NCBI GenBank assembly: GCA_030040795.1
Contig: JASHTA010000490.1
Coordinates: 1 to 37,357 of the forward strand
DNA length: 37,357 nt
Direction of reading: 5' to 3'
DNA from: Gammaproteobacteria bacterium
GTDB taxonomy: Bacteria > Pseudomonadota > Gammaproteobacteria > Steroidobacterales > Steroidobacteraceae
Both the position numbers and the translations under genes were made by a program. Numbering within the stretch: position 1 is the stretch's first letter; each line of letters begins with the position of its first letter. The notes beneath the pieces were generated by a model that worked only from the letters and a program-made list of their open reading frames with translations, made no database searches and was not told the origin of the DNA. Positions 18,527-26,239 of the stretch are shown in pieces.

Positions 18527-19678
18527 TCAGCCCCGGAAGATGTCGAACGGTTCGATGAGCAGGACCTTGCGGACGCCGAAGTAGCTCGAGGAGGCGGCGA
18601 TGATGACGACCATCACGAAGGCGAGTCCGAGGTTGAGGAACGTGATCATCGCCGCGTAGTCGGGCAGGTGAGCGCGCGCGAGCCAGATGAGGAGTGCGCA
18701 AAGGCCGACCCCGAATCCGTATCCCGTCAGGGCGACGAAGGTCGCCTGGAAGAGAATCATCGAGACGAGCTCTCGGGACTTCGCGCCGATCGCCTTCAGC
18801 GCCCCAAAGCGGTCGATGTTCTCGAGGATGAACGTATAGAACGTTTGGCCCGAGATCGAGAGCCCGACGATGAAGCTGATGAGCGTCATGAGCAGCATGT
18901 TGGTGCCGATCCCCGTCTGATACATGTAAAACCTCGAGATCTTGCTCATGAACTCGTCCTTGGTGAGGGCGAGGTAGCCGTCTGCGGCGACGCGCTCCTT
19001 GATTGCTGCCACGTCGGCCGGCGTTTTGGGCTCGACGAGGATGTAGGAGATCGTAAACCGCGTGTTCGGGATGTATTGGAGCGCCCGGTAGTAAGTCGTA
19101 TAGAGCGTCGGGACGCCGAACAGGGAGCTCGAGGAGACGCGCGCGAGTCCGACGATCTTGCCGCGATGGTCGTTCAGCTCGAACTCGGTGCCGATGTGCG
19201 GGCTCTCGAGCTTGTAGAACTCGGAATCCTCGATGGCGATGAAGGCGTTCTCCGCGAAGATGTCCTGGATATTCCCGGCGACCATCTGAGGGCTGCCGAT
19301 GAGGCTCGTGTCGTCGAGTCCGACGATGTTCGCAGCCTGGTAGCTGCCGTCGCGCAGCTTGAGCAGCGCGCTGCCGGAGTACAGCGGTACCGCATATTTG
19401 ACGCCCGGAAGACTGCGCACCTCATCGAGCACGTAATTGGGCAAGGGGATGGCATTTGCGACCGTCTGAACGGAAGGATCCATCACCCAGATCGAGGCGC
19501 CGATGTTGATGACCGTGGCGGACGAGCGCATCAGAATGCCGGCAAAGAGCGACGTCATTTCGATCATCAGGAAGACGGCGAAGGTGATCCCGACGAGCAG
19601 CGCCGCGAACTTCGTGCGGTCGTTGACCAGCAGCTTATAGGCGATGCGGAGGATCCCGCTCTGCAGCTCGAGAATCAT
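18527..19678 (-). CDS. ABC exporter permease, DevC/FtsX-MacB-type (4 TM with large periplasmic domain)
   Basis: ATG at 19678 gives MILELQSGILRIAYKLLVNDRTKFAALLVGITFAVFLM. TM1 is followed by about 200 aa of extracytoplasmic domain, then a three-TM FtsX-like C terminus. The alternative GTG at 19717 seems less likely. Confidence 0.8.
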   Translation of the reverse strand: MILELQSGILRIAYKLLVNDRTKFAALLVGITFAVFLMIEMTSLFAGILMRSSATVINIGASIWVMDPSVQTVANAIPLPNYVLDEVRSLPGVKYAVPLYSGSALLKLRDGSYQAANIVGLDDTSLIGSPQMVAGNIQDIFAENAFIAIEDSEFYKLESPHIGTEFELNDHRGKIVGLARVSSSSLFGVPTLYTTYYRALQYIPNTRFTISYILVEPKTPADVAAIKERVAADGYLALTKDEFMSKISRFYMYQTGIGTNMLLMTLISFIVGLSISGQTFYTFILENIDRFGALKAIGAKSRELVSMILFQATFVALTGYGFGVGLCALLIWLARAHLPDYAAMITFLNLGLAFVMVVIIAASSSYFGVRKVLLIEPFDIFRG

Positions 19679-19873
19679 TCGAAGCCCGCTCTTTCGATCG
19701 ATGTCAGGCGCGAGCACGCACGAGGCTCACGATGCCGGCGATGTTGGCAGTCGCAGCGGCGGCAGACGATACGAATTTGTGCGTAGCGAGCGGCGGAAAA
19801 TGCGGGCAATGTGCGGCAATCAGGGCATGTACGCATTCGGTGAGCCGGCGGGGACGGGTAGATTGCAGGATGC

Positions 19874-22591
19874 ATGAGCCGCCGCAACCTCGAGCACCTG
19901 TTCAACCCGCGCTCCATCGCGTTGATCGGAGCCTCCGATCGGCCGCATTCCGTCGGAGCGACGGTGATGCGCAATCTTCTCGGCGCCGGATTCGCAGGTC
20001 CTGTGTGGCCGGTCAACCTGCGGCATGCGGTCGTGGCAGGCCGGCGCGCCTATTCGAGCGTGGCGGAGCTGCCGGAAGCGCCGCAGCTTGCGGTCATTTG
20101 TACGCCGGCGCCCGGTATTCCGGCGCTCATTTCAGAGCTCGGAGCGCGCGGCACCCGTGCGGCGATCGTCATCAGCGCCGGCCTCGAGGAAAGGGTCGGC
20201 GGCACGACTCTTGCGACCGCGATGCTCGAGGCCGCGCGGCCGTTCACGCTGCGCATCCTCGGCCCGAACTGCATCGGGCTGCTCGTGCCCGGCATCGGCC
20301 TCAATGCAAGCTTCGCTCACGTCGGAGCCCGCAAGGGGCCTCTCGCGTTCATCGCCCAGTCGGGTGCGCTCACGACCGCGATGCTCGACTGGGCGGATGC
20401 GCAGGGCATCGGGTTCTCCCACTTCATCTCGCTCGGCAATGCCGCCGATGTGGATTTTGGAGATCTGCTCGACCATCTCGCTCGGGACGGCGAGACTCGG
20501 GCGATTCTGCTCTACATCGAGGCGGTGACCGCCGCGCGCAAGTTCCTCTCCGCCGCGCGGACCGCTGCGCGCAACAAGCCGGTGATCGTCGTGAAGTCCG
20601 GTCGGACGAGCGCATCCGCGCTTGCGGCGCGCTCGCACAGCGGGGCGCTCGCGGGAGCGGACGCGGTCTACGATGCGGCTTTCCGGCGGGCGGGCATTTT
20701 GCGGGTGGGCGCGACGCGAGAGCTCTTCGATGCGGCGGAGATCCTCGCGCGGCTGAAGCCCTACGCGGGTCCACGACTCGCCATCGTCGGAAACGGCGGC
20801 GGTCCGGGTGTGATGGCAACCGATGCGCTCACCGGCTGCGGCGGCCACCTCGCGGAGCTCGGCGCCGAGACGCTGCGGAGACTCGATGCGGTCTTGCCGG
20901 CCTCGGGGTCCCGTGCCAATCCGCTCGATCTCGGCGGCGATGCGCGACCGGAGCGATACGTCGCGGCGCTCGGCGCGGTGCTCGAGGACCCCGAGATCGA
21001 TGCCGTGCTCGTGATCCACGCGCCGACGGCGGTCGCGTCGGTGGAAGAGGTGGCTACCGCGTGTGTTCCGGTTCTTTCACGGGCTCGTCGGCCCGTCCTT
21101 GCTTGCTGGATGGGACGCGAGGGCGATGCCGCCGCGGCCTCCGTCGCGGCCGACGTGCCCGTCTATTCCACGCCGGAGGAAGCCGTCGGCGCCTTCGTGC
21201 ACGTGGCGCGCTACCACGAGAGTCAGGCGCTCCTTCTTGAGGCGCCCGCGTCGATCCCGGAGTTCGTGCGTGACGTCTCGGCAGCGCGTGCAATCTTGGC
21301 TGCCGCCTCGAAGGAAGGCCGTCCCGTGCTGACCGAGCCGGAGGCCAAGGGCGTTCTTGCCGCGTATGGCGTGCCGATCGTCGAGACCCGCATCGCGGGC
21401 GGTATCTCGGAGCTCGCGGACGCGGCGCAGAGCCTCGGCTACCCGATCGTGCTGAAGATTCTCTCCCCGGATATCTCTCATAAGTCCGATGTGGGCGGCG
21501 TCGCCCTCGACATCGAGACACCGGAGGCGCTCCAGCGCGCGGCTGCCGCCATGCTCGCGAGGTGTCGCGAGCTCGCGCCGGACGCGCGCATCGAGGGCTT
21601 CACGGTCCAGCAGATGATTCGCCGCGGCGGCGCGCACGAGCTCATCGTGGGTATGACTGTCGACTCCACGTTCGGCCCGACGATCGTGTTTGGACAAGGT
21701 GGAACGGCCGTCGAGGTCATCGCAGACCGAGCCCTCGCCCTGCCGCCGCTCAACGCCATACTCGCGCGCGATCTGATCTCCCGGACTCGCGTGTCCCGTG
21801 TGCTCACCGGTTACCGCGATCGACCCGCCGCCGACCGGGCTGCGCTCGAGCAGACACTCGTGAAGCTGTCGCAGCTTGTCGCCGATCTGCCCGAAGTGGC
21901 GGAGCTCGATATCAACCCGCTGCTCGCGGACGAGCACGGCGTGCTCGCGCTCGATGCGCGCATCCGTATCGATGCGGCCGCGGCCCCTGGCACGGAGCGC
22001 TTCGCGATCCGGCCGTACCCCTGCGAGCTCGAGGAACGCGCCGACTTCGGCGGCCGCAGGATTCTGCTGCGCCCCATTCGACCGGAGGACTTCGATCAGC
22101 ACCGCAGATTCCTCGGCGCGATCGCCGCAGAGGACCTTCGCGCGAGATTCTTCGCGGCCCTGCGGCAGGTGCCGCAGCGTGAGCTCGCCTACCTCACGCA
22201 GATCGACTACGACCGCGAGATGGCCTTCATCGCCGAGACTCCAGGGCAAAGCGCCGCCGCACTCGGCGAGAGCACGCGTAAGGAGACGCTGGGAGTGGCC
22301 CGGGCGTGCACCGATCCCGAGAATCTCGAGGCGGAGTTTGCGGTGCTCGTCCGCTCGGATCTGAAGGGCCGTGGCCTGGGAGCTCTGCTGCTCGATAAGC
22401 TGATTCGTTACTGTCGCGAGCGCGGCACACGGCGGATGGTCGGCCAGACGCTGAGCGCAAACGCCCGGATGCTGAAGCTTGCCTCGGCGGCGGGGTTCCG
22501 CATCGAGCAGAAAGAGGGCGGGCTCTGCGAACTGACTTGTGAACTGCGCGGTGCGGCTAGGCGTGACGTGCGCGGCACAGATATCCCTTAG
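19874..22591 (+). CDS. Pat/PatZ-type protein lysine acetyltransferase (ADP-forming acetyl-CoA synthetase-like domains fused to C-terminal GNAT)
   Basis: 905 aa. The N terminus is MSRRNLEHLFNPRSIALIGASDRPHSVGATVMRNL (CoA-binding). The central part is succinyl-CoA-synthetase-like plus ATP-grasp. The C-terminal GNAT has FAVLVRSDLKGRGLGALLLDKLIRYCRERG (acetyl-CoA binding R-x-x-G-x-G/A). Confidence 0.85.
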   Translation: MSRRNLEHLFNPRSIALIGASDRPHSVGATVMRNLLGAGFAGPVWPVNLRHAVVAGRRAYSSVAELPEAPQLAVICTPAPGIPALISELGARGTRAAIVISAGLEERVGGTTLATAMLEAARPFTLRILGPNCIGLLVPGIGLNASFAHVGARKGPLAFIAQSGALTTAMLDWADAQGIGFSHFISLGNAADVDFGDLLDHLARDGETRAILLYIEAVTAARKFLSAARTAARNKPVIVVKSGRTSASALAARSHSGALAGADAVYDAAFRRAGILRVGATRELFDAAEILARLKPYAGPRLAIVGNGGGPGVMATDALTGCGGHLAELGAETLRRLDAVLPASGSRANPLDLGGDARPERYVAALGAVLEDPEIDAVLVIHAPTAVASVEEVATACVPVLSRARRPVLACWMGREGDAAAASVAADVPVYSTPEEAVGAFVHVARYHESQALLLEAPASIPEFVRDVSAARAILAAASKEGRPVLTEPEAKGVLAAYGVPIVETRIAGGISELADAAQSLGYPIVLKILSPDISHKSDVGGVALDIETPEALQRAAAAMLARCRELAPDARIEGFTVQQMIRRGGAHELIVGMTVDSTFGPTIVFGQGGTAVEVIADRALALPPLNAILARDLISRTRVSRVLTGYRDRPAADRAALEQTLVKLSQLVADLPEVAELDINPLLADEHGVLALDARIRIDAAAAPGTERFAIRPYPCELEERADFGGRRILLRPIRPEDFDQHRRFLGAIAAEDLRARFFAALRQVPQRELAYLTQIDYDREMAFIAETPGQSAAALGESTRKETLGVARACTDPENLEAEFAVLVRSDLKGRGLGALLLDKLIRYCRERGTRRMVGQTLSANARMLKLASAAGFRIEQKEGGLCELTCELRGAARRDVRGTDIP

Positions 22592-23028
22592 GTCGCGATC
22601 GTCAGGTCGTTTCGCACGCCTACGACGCCGCCCACGCGGTGCACCGCGTTCTCCGCGGCTTCGCGCTGATATTGCCACTCGAGCGTACCCGCGAGGACGA
22701 CATAGCCGCTGTCCACAAGCACTTGCACCTTCTCCCACGCCGTGGGCAGTTCGCGCTTGAGAGCAGCAACCGTCTCCCGCGCGATCTGCGGATCGGTTGC
22801 GGTGCTCCCCGGAGGCGGTCGGACGGCGAGGTCGTTCGCCATGCCGCGCACGCCCTCGACGCGCTTCGCGACTGCTTCGGCTCTGTACTTCTGGACGTCG
22901 CTTGGCACGAAGCCGGTGAGCGTTGCCACACCGTCCGTGACCTTCACGGCGATGTCAGTGTGGTCCACGTCCGGTCTCCGTTGCAGCTCCGCTTGGATGT
23001 CGCGCTCGATTTCGTGATCGGCTCTCAT
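22588..23028 (-). CDS. BON-domain protein (two BON domains), paralogue of 3584-4237
   Basis: MRADHEIERDIQAELQRRPDVDHTDIAVKVTDGVATLTGFVPSDVQKYRAEAVAKRVEGV... aligns by eye along its whole length with the first two BON domains of the 3584-4237 protein. Its ATG overlaps the hpf stop (ATGA). Confidence 0.85.
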   Translation of the reverse strand: MRADHEIERDIQAELQRRPDVDHTDIAVKVTDGVATLTGFVPSDVQKYRAEAVAKRVEGVRGMANDLAVRPPPGSTATDPQIARETVAALKRELPTAWEKVQVLVDSGYVVLAGTLEWQYQREAAENAVHRVGGVVGVRNDLTIAT

Positions 23029-23399
23029 TGATCGATTCTCCCATATGGAGACCTGCGCACGCTGGCGTTGGGCTTTGGCCGCTGCTTGCGTACGTGATCC
23101 TCGAGCTTGCGGCGCGCGGCATCAAACGCGTCCCGCAGCGCCACGTAGGGATCCTCGTGCGCGTGATCGCGCGGTCGCACATTTCCGGTCGAGATCTCCC
23201 CGCGCGGGAGCGCGATGATGACTCGCACGCGAAAGAGCGTACCCTGATGCCGGCGATGCGACGATGACTCGACGACCACACGGCAGCTCGTGATGCGGGA
23301 GCTGAACTTCTCGAGCCGTTGAGCGAGCGCGCCGATGCGCGCCCCCATGGCAGCCGAAGGCTCGATGTTGCGGAACGTGATCTGCAGCGGCACCTTCAC
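23025..23399 (-). CDS. hpf: Ribosome hibernation promoting factor / RaiA-family ribosome-associated protein (short form)
   Basis: The start is GTG. MKVPLQITFRNIEPSAAMGARIGALAQRLEKFSSRITSCRVVVESSSHRRHQGTLFRVRVIIALPRGEI...DPYVALRDAFDAARRKLEDHVRKQR follows the HPF/YfiA pattern (l.itg.n.e.t.alr.y...k..kL.k....i....V.l). The start overlaps the USP stop (GTGA). Confidence 0.75.
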   Translation of the reverse strand: MKVPLQITFRNIEPSAAMGARIGALAQRLEKFSSRITSCRVVVESSSHRRHQGTLFRVRVIIALPRGEISTGNVRPRDHAHEDPYVALRDAFDAARRKLEDHVRKQRPKPNASVRRSPYGRIDQ

Positions 23400-23872
23400 T
23401 GGGTGCTTCCCGTTCCGGACAGTTGCGGTGGGGCCGCGCGAACCAACAGCACGGGCACAGGGCTATGTCTCACGATGTATTCCGCATCGCTGCCCATCAG
23501 CATCCGGCGCAGGCCGCGGCGGCCGTGAGTGCCGCAGACGATCAGTGACGCCGGCCAGGATATGGCTTCCTTCACGACGATCTCCCCCGCATCAGTGCCG
23601 ATCGCCTCGATCAGGCGGGAGTCGACATCGACACCCTCGTCGCGAGCGTCGGCAATGGCCTCGTGAATGAGGCTCTCGCCCGTGCCACGCAGTTCGTCGA
23701 CGAGGTGCTGAAGCACAGTGAGATCGACCGCTGGGGAGACCCACGGCGCCTTGTTGATGACGTGCACCAGGAGCATACGGCTGCCGAGACTGCGAGCGAG
23801 GCGGGTCGCTTCGGCGAGTCCCATGCGGGCGGCGTCGCTACCGTCGATCGCCACAAGAATGTTGGGGTACAT
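23396..23872 (-). CDS. Universal stress protein (single UspA domain)
   Basis: MYPNILVAIDGSDAARMGLAEATRLARSLGSRMLLVHV...LIVCGTHGRRGLRRMLMGSDAEYIVRHSPVPVLLV carries the canonical G-x2-G-x9-G-S ATP-binding motif. Confidence 0.9.
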   Translation of the reverse strand: MYPNILVAIDGSDAARMGLAEATRLARSLGSRMLLVHVINKAPWVSPAVDLTVLQHLVDELRGTGESLIHEAIADARDEGVDVDSRLIEAIGTDAGEIVVKEAISWPASLIVCGTHGRRGLRRMLMGSDAEYIVRHSPVPVLLVRAAPPQLSGTGSTQ

Positions 23873-24043
23873 CGGGATTCCGCGTCGCCGTTGGAGAAGT
23901 CGGTTTGGCCCGTGCCACTATCTAAACCGACAGCTTGCATGCCGGGAATACGCAGATGCCGCAACGATTCCTGCATCGTTCCGGGATACAGGCCCGGAAC
24001 GCGCAGCTGGGATCACGAGTGCCGGTCACGTCCGGCGCGGGCA

Positions 24044-24532
24044 CTAACCGCTGGCAGTTCCACGCCGCGCAGCTTCGATGGCGGCGATGTCGATCTTCTT
24101 CATTTTCATCATGGCCTCGAACGCACGCTTGGCAGCCGCCCGATCGGGATCGGTGACTGCGTCCCGCAACATCCGTGGGGTGATCTGCCAGGACAAGCCC
24201 CATCTGTCCTTGCACCATCCGCACGCATTCTCGGTGCCGCCGTTGTTGACGATCGCGTTCCAGTAGCGATCCGTCTCGGCCTGATTGTCAGTGACGATCT
24301 GAAATGAAAAGGCTTCGGAGTGCTTGAAGACCGGGCCGCCATTGAGGCCGAGGCAGCGCACCCCCAGTACCGTAAACTCGACCGTGAGCACCTGTCCTTG
24401 TTTGCCGCTCGGGTAGTCGCCCGGGGCGCGGTGCACCGCCGTCACGGCGCTGTCCGGAAAGGTCTGAGCGTAGAACTTCGCAGCGTCCTCCGCCGCACCG
24501 TCATACCAAAGGCAAATCACGTTTTTGGCCAT
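24044..24532 (-). CDS. VOC-superfamily protein (PhnB / 3-demethylubiquinone-9 3-methyltransferase-domain type)
   Basis: MAKNVICLWYDGAAEDAAKFYAQTFPDSAV...LTVEFTVLG..CLGLNGGP.FKHSEAFSFQI...ETDRYWNAIVNNGG.E..CGWCKDRWGLSWQI is the highly characteristic signature of this family. Confidence 0.8.
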   Translation of the reverse strand: MAKNVICLWYDGAAEDAAKFYAQTFPDSAVTAVHRAPGDYPSGKQGQVLTVEFTVLGVRCLGLNGGPVFKHSEAFSFQIVTDNQAETDRYWNAIVNNGGTENACGWCKDRWGLSWQITPRMLRDAVTDPDRAAAKRAFEAMMKMKKIDIAAIEAARRGTASG

Positions 24533-24660
24533 CGTTCGTCTCCGTTCACGGCACTACGCCCAACTGTACTCCATCGCCGCCCCACCACACGTCCGACGGC
24601 GCCGAACCGGGCCGTACGCGGTGGATGCCCGTACTCGCGGCCGAGATTACCGAAACGAGG

Positions 24661-25247
24661 CTAAGCACACAGATCCAAAAGACCTGTTCCCACGGTCGCG
24701 ATGAGATGCTGAAATGTTCCCGGCACGCTGCGGGCATCGACGCCGCTCGCGTGACTGCAGCGCGATGTATAGGCCACCGAGTAGGCGAACGCTGCGCTGC
24801 ACAGCGTGCGCTCTGCCGGTGTGAATTCTCTGTCCGCGGCAGCTTGATAGTCGGCAACGAATGCTCTCGCCTCCTCGAGGGTCGGCGCCTGCGCCACGTC
24901 CTCGCGGCTCCAATCGGCGCAGAACATGTGGGCCGTGATGCCTACGAGCGTGGGTTCCCGGTCCGGACGATTTCCTGGAGTCGCTCAAACGACCAATCGG
25001 GCTGATGTGCCTTGATGACGATCTCTCGGCCGTCGAGCAACCGCAGGCCCGTTACGGCGCCGACGCTCGAGCGGTAGAACAAGGTCTGAGCGGGAGCGCA
25101 CTTCAGCTCGCGGCTGCAGAACTCGTCCAGGGCACGCATGATGTACCGGGCATCAGCCGTGCCGTGGATTGCGAGTTCTACGTGAGCAATCTCCCACTCG
25201 GCGAGGTGTGCAGCGATCGGCGCAAGAGTTCGCTGATCCGCGTGCAT
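24661..25247 (-). pseudogene. Decayed phosphotransferase (APH-like kinase fold) gene: frameshift plus internal deletion
   Basis: The N-lobe fragment is MHADQRTLAPIAAHL...LFYRSSVGAVTGLRLLDGREIVIKAHQPDWSFERLQEIV (ORF 24942..25415). After a frame change near 24960-24985 the C-terminal fragment is EPTLVGITAHMFCADWSREDVAQAPTLEEARAFVADYQAAADREFTPAERTLCSAAFAYSVAYTSRCSHA (ORF 24661..24927). The catalytic-loop region expected between them is absent. Confidence 0.45.
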
Positions 25248-25455
25248 CAATTTGCGAGCCTGGACACGGGTTTCCCGATACCCTTCGCCAAGTCGATATC
25301 CGGCTTGCCGGCACCCCGCAATCCTGCTCCGGCCGCAAGAGCTACCGCCGCCGCTGCATGCTGCACTCGCACTTCCGCCACGTTCCGCTCCGCTCGATGC
25401 CGAGCATACAGCCACACTGCGCTGCTATACTTCTGAAAACGCAAAGGGGGGGCCT

Positions 25456-26187
25456 ATGCTGCGTCGAGCTGCCGGCATTCTCGCGATCGTTTCCCTCGGC
25501 GCCATCGCGGCGCTCGCCGGTGCGCAGGCACCGAGCGGACGCTCGAGACCCCGTGGCGCGAACGCACTCGAAAGGGCGGAGCGCCCGGCGATCTTGCGGC
25601 CGGGACTGTTCTTTAAAGAGGAGTGGAAGCAGACGGCGCAGGGAGGCGAGCACCCGGTCACTGCCGAGTCGAACAGTGATCCTCGCCTGGAGCTCAAACT
25701 ATATGTTCCCGCAGGCCAGATTCTGCTCACGGGCAGCGCTGGCGACGAGAACGTTCCGATACACGTTTGGACGGGGCTTTGCAGCACGCCGTGTGCGGTC
25801 GCTTTTCGCGACAAGAGCCGTTTCGCCGATCTGAGCGGCCTCGCTCGCATCCGATTGAACACCAAGATGTCCGGATTCCATCAGGTACGTCCGATCGTGA
25901 AGCTCGCCGACGGCACCTGGTGGATCGGTGACCTCGCTACCGGCACGACGCGCGATTGGCTCGTGAGTGAGATCTCGTACGCCGACTTGCACTGGCTCAA
26001 GCTCGATATCAAGCGGGTAGTCACCGTCGGGAATCTGGTCGACAAGCTCGATCTCACGAAGGTCGATGAGATCGGCTTCGCCGACTTGACGCCCGGCAGC
26101 GGGCACGGTCCGGGCGGCTGGTCCGACGTGGCGCAGATCGAAGTCTACGGGCGCTCCGTACCCAGGGCGGGGGCAAAGACGGAGTAG
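25456..26187 (+). CDS. Exported hypothetical protein (signal peptide; no recognised domain)
   Basis: ATG at 25456 follows AAAGGGGGGG. MLRRAAGILAIVSLGAIAALAGAQA has a signal-peptidase I type cleavage site. The codon third-position GC bias is consistent with coding. It sits directly upstream of the GH3 gene. Confidence 0.6.
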   Translation: MLRRAAGILAIVSLGAIAALAGAQAPSGRSRPRGANALERAERPAILRPGLFFKEEWKQTAQGGEHPVTAESNSDPRLELKLYVPAGQILLTGSAGDENVPIHVWTGLCSTPCAVAFRDKSRFADLSGLARIRLNTKMSGFHQVRPIVKLADGTWWIGDLATGTTRDWLVSEISYADLHWLKLDIKRVVTVGNLVDKLDLTKVDEIGFADLTPGSGHGPGGWSDVAQIEVYGRSVPRAGAKTE

Positions 26188-26239
26188 AGCCGGACGCTCG
26201 AGGGATCTCGGCGGCGATCCCATCATGAAGGGGAAGCGG

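Noticed and set aside
19732-22738. ORFs of 502 aa (plus, out of frame) and 553 aa (minus) across the Pat gene
   Set aside because: They overlap the 905-aa Pat frame, which carries CoA-binding, ATP-grasp and GNAT motifs. The alternative frames are Arg/Gly/Ala low-complexity.
23912-23917. TGGCAC (minus strand) upstream of the USP operon as a possible sigma-54 -24 element
   Set aside because: No TTGC(A/T) -12 element follows at the required spacing of 4-5 nt (the sequence is TGGCACGGGCCAAACC).
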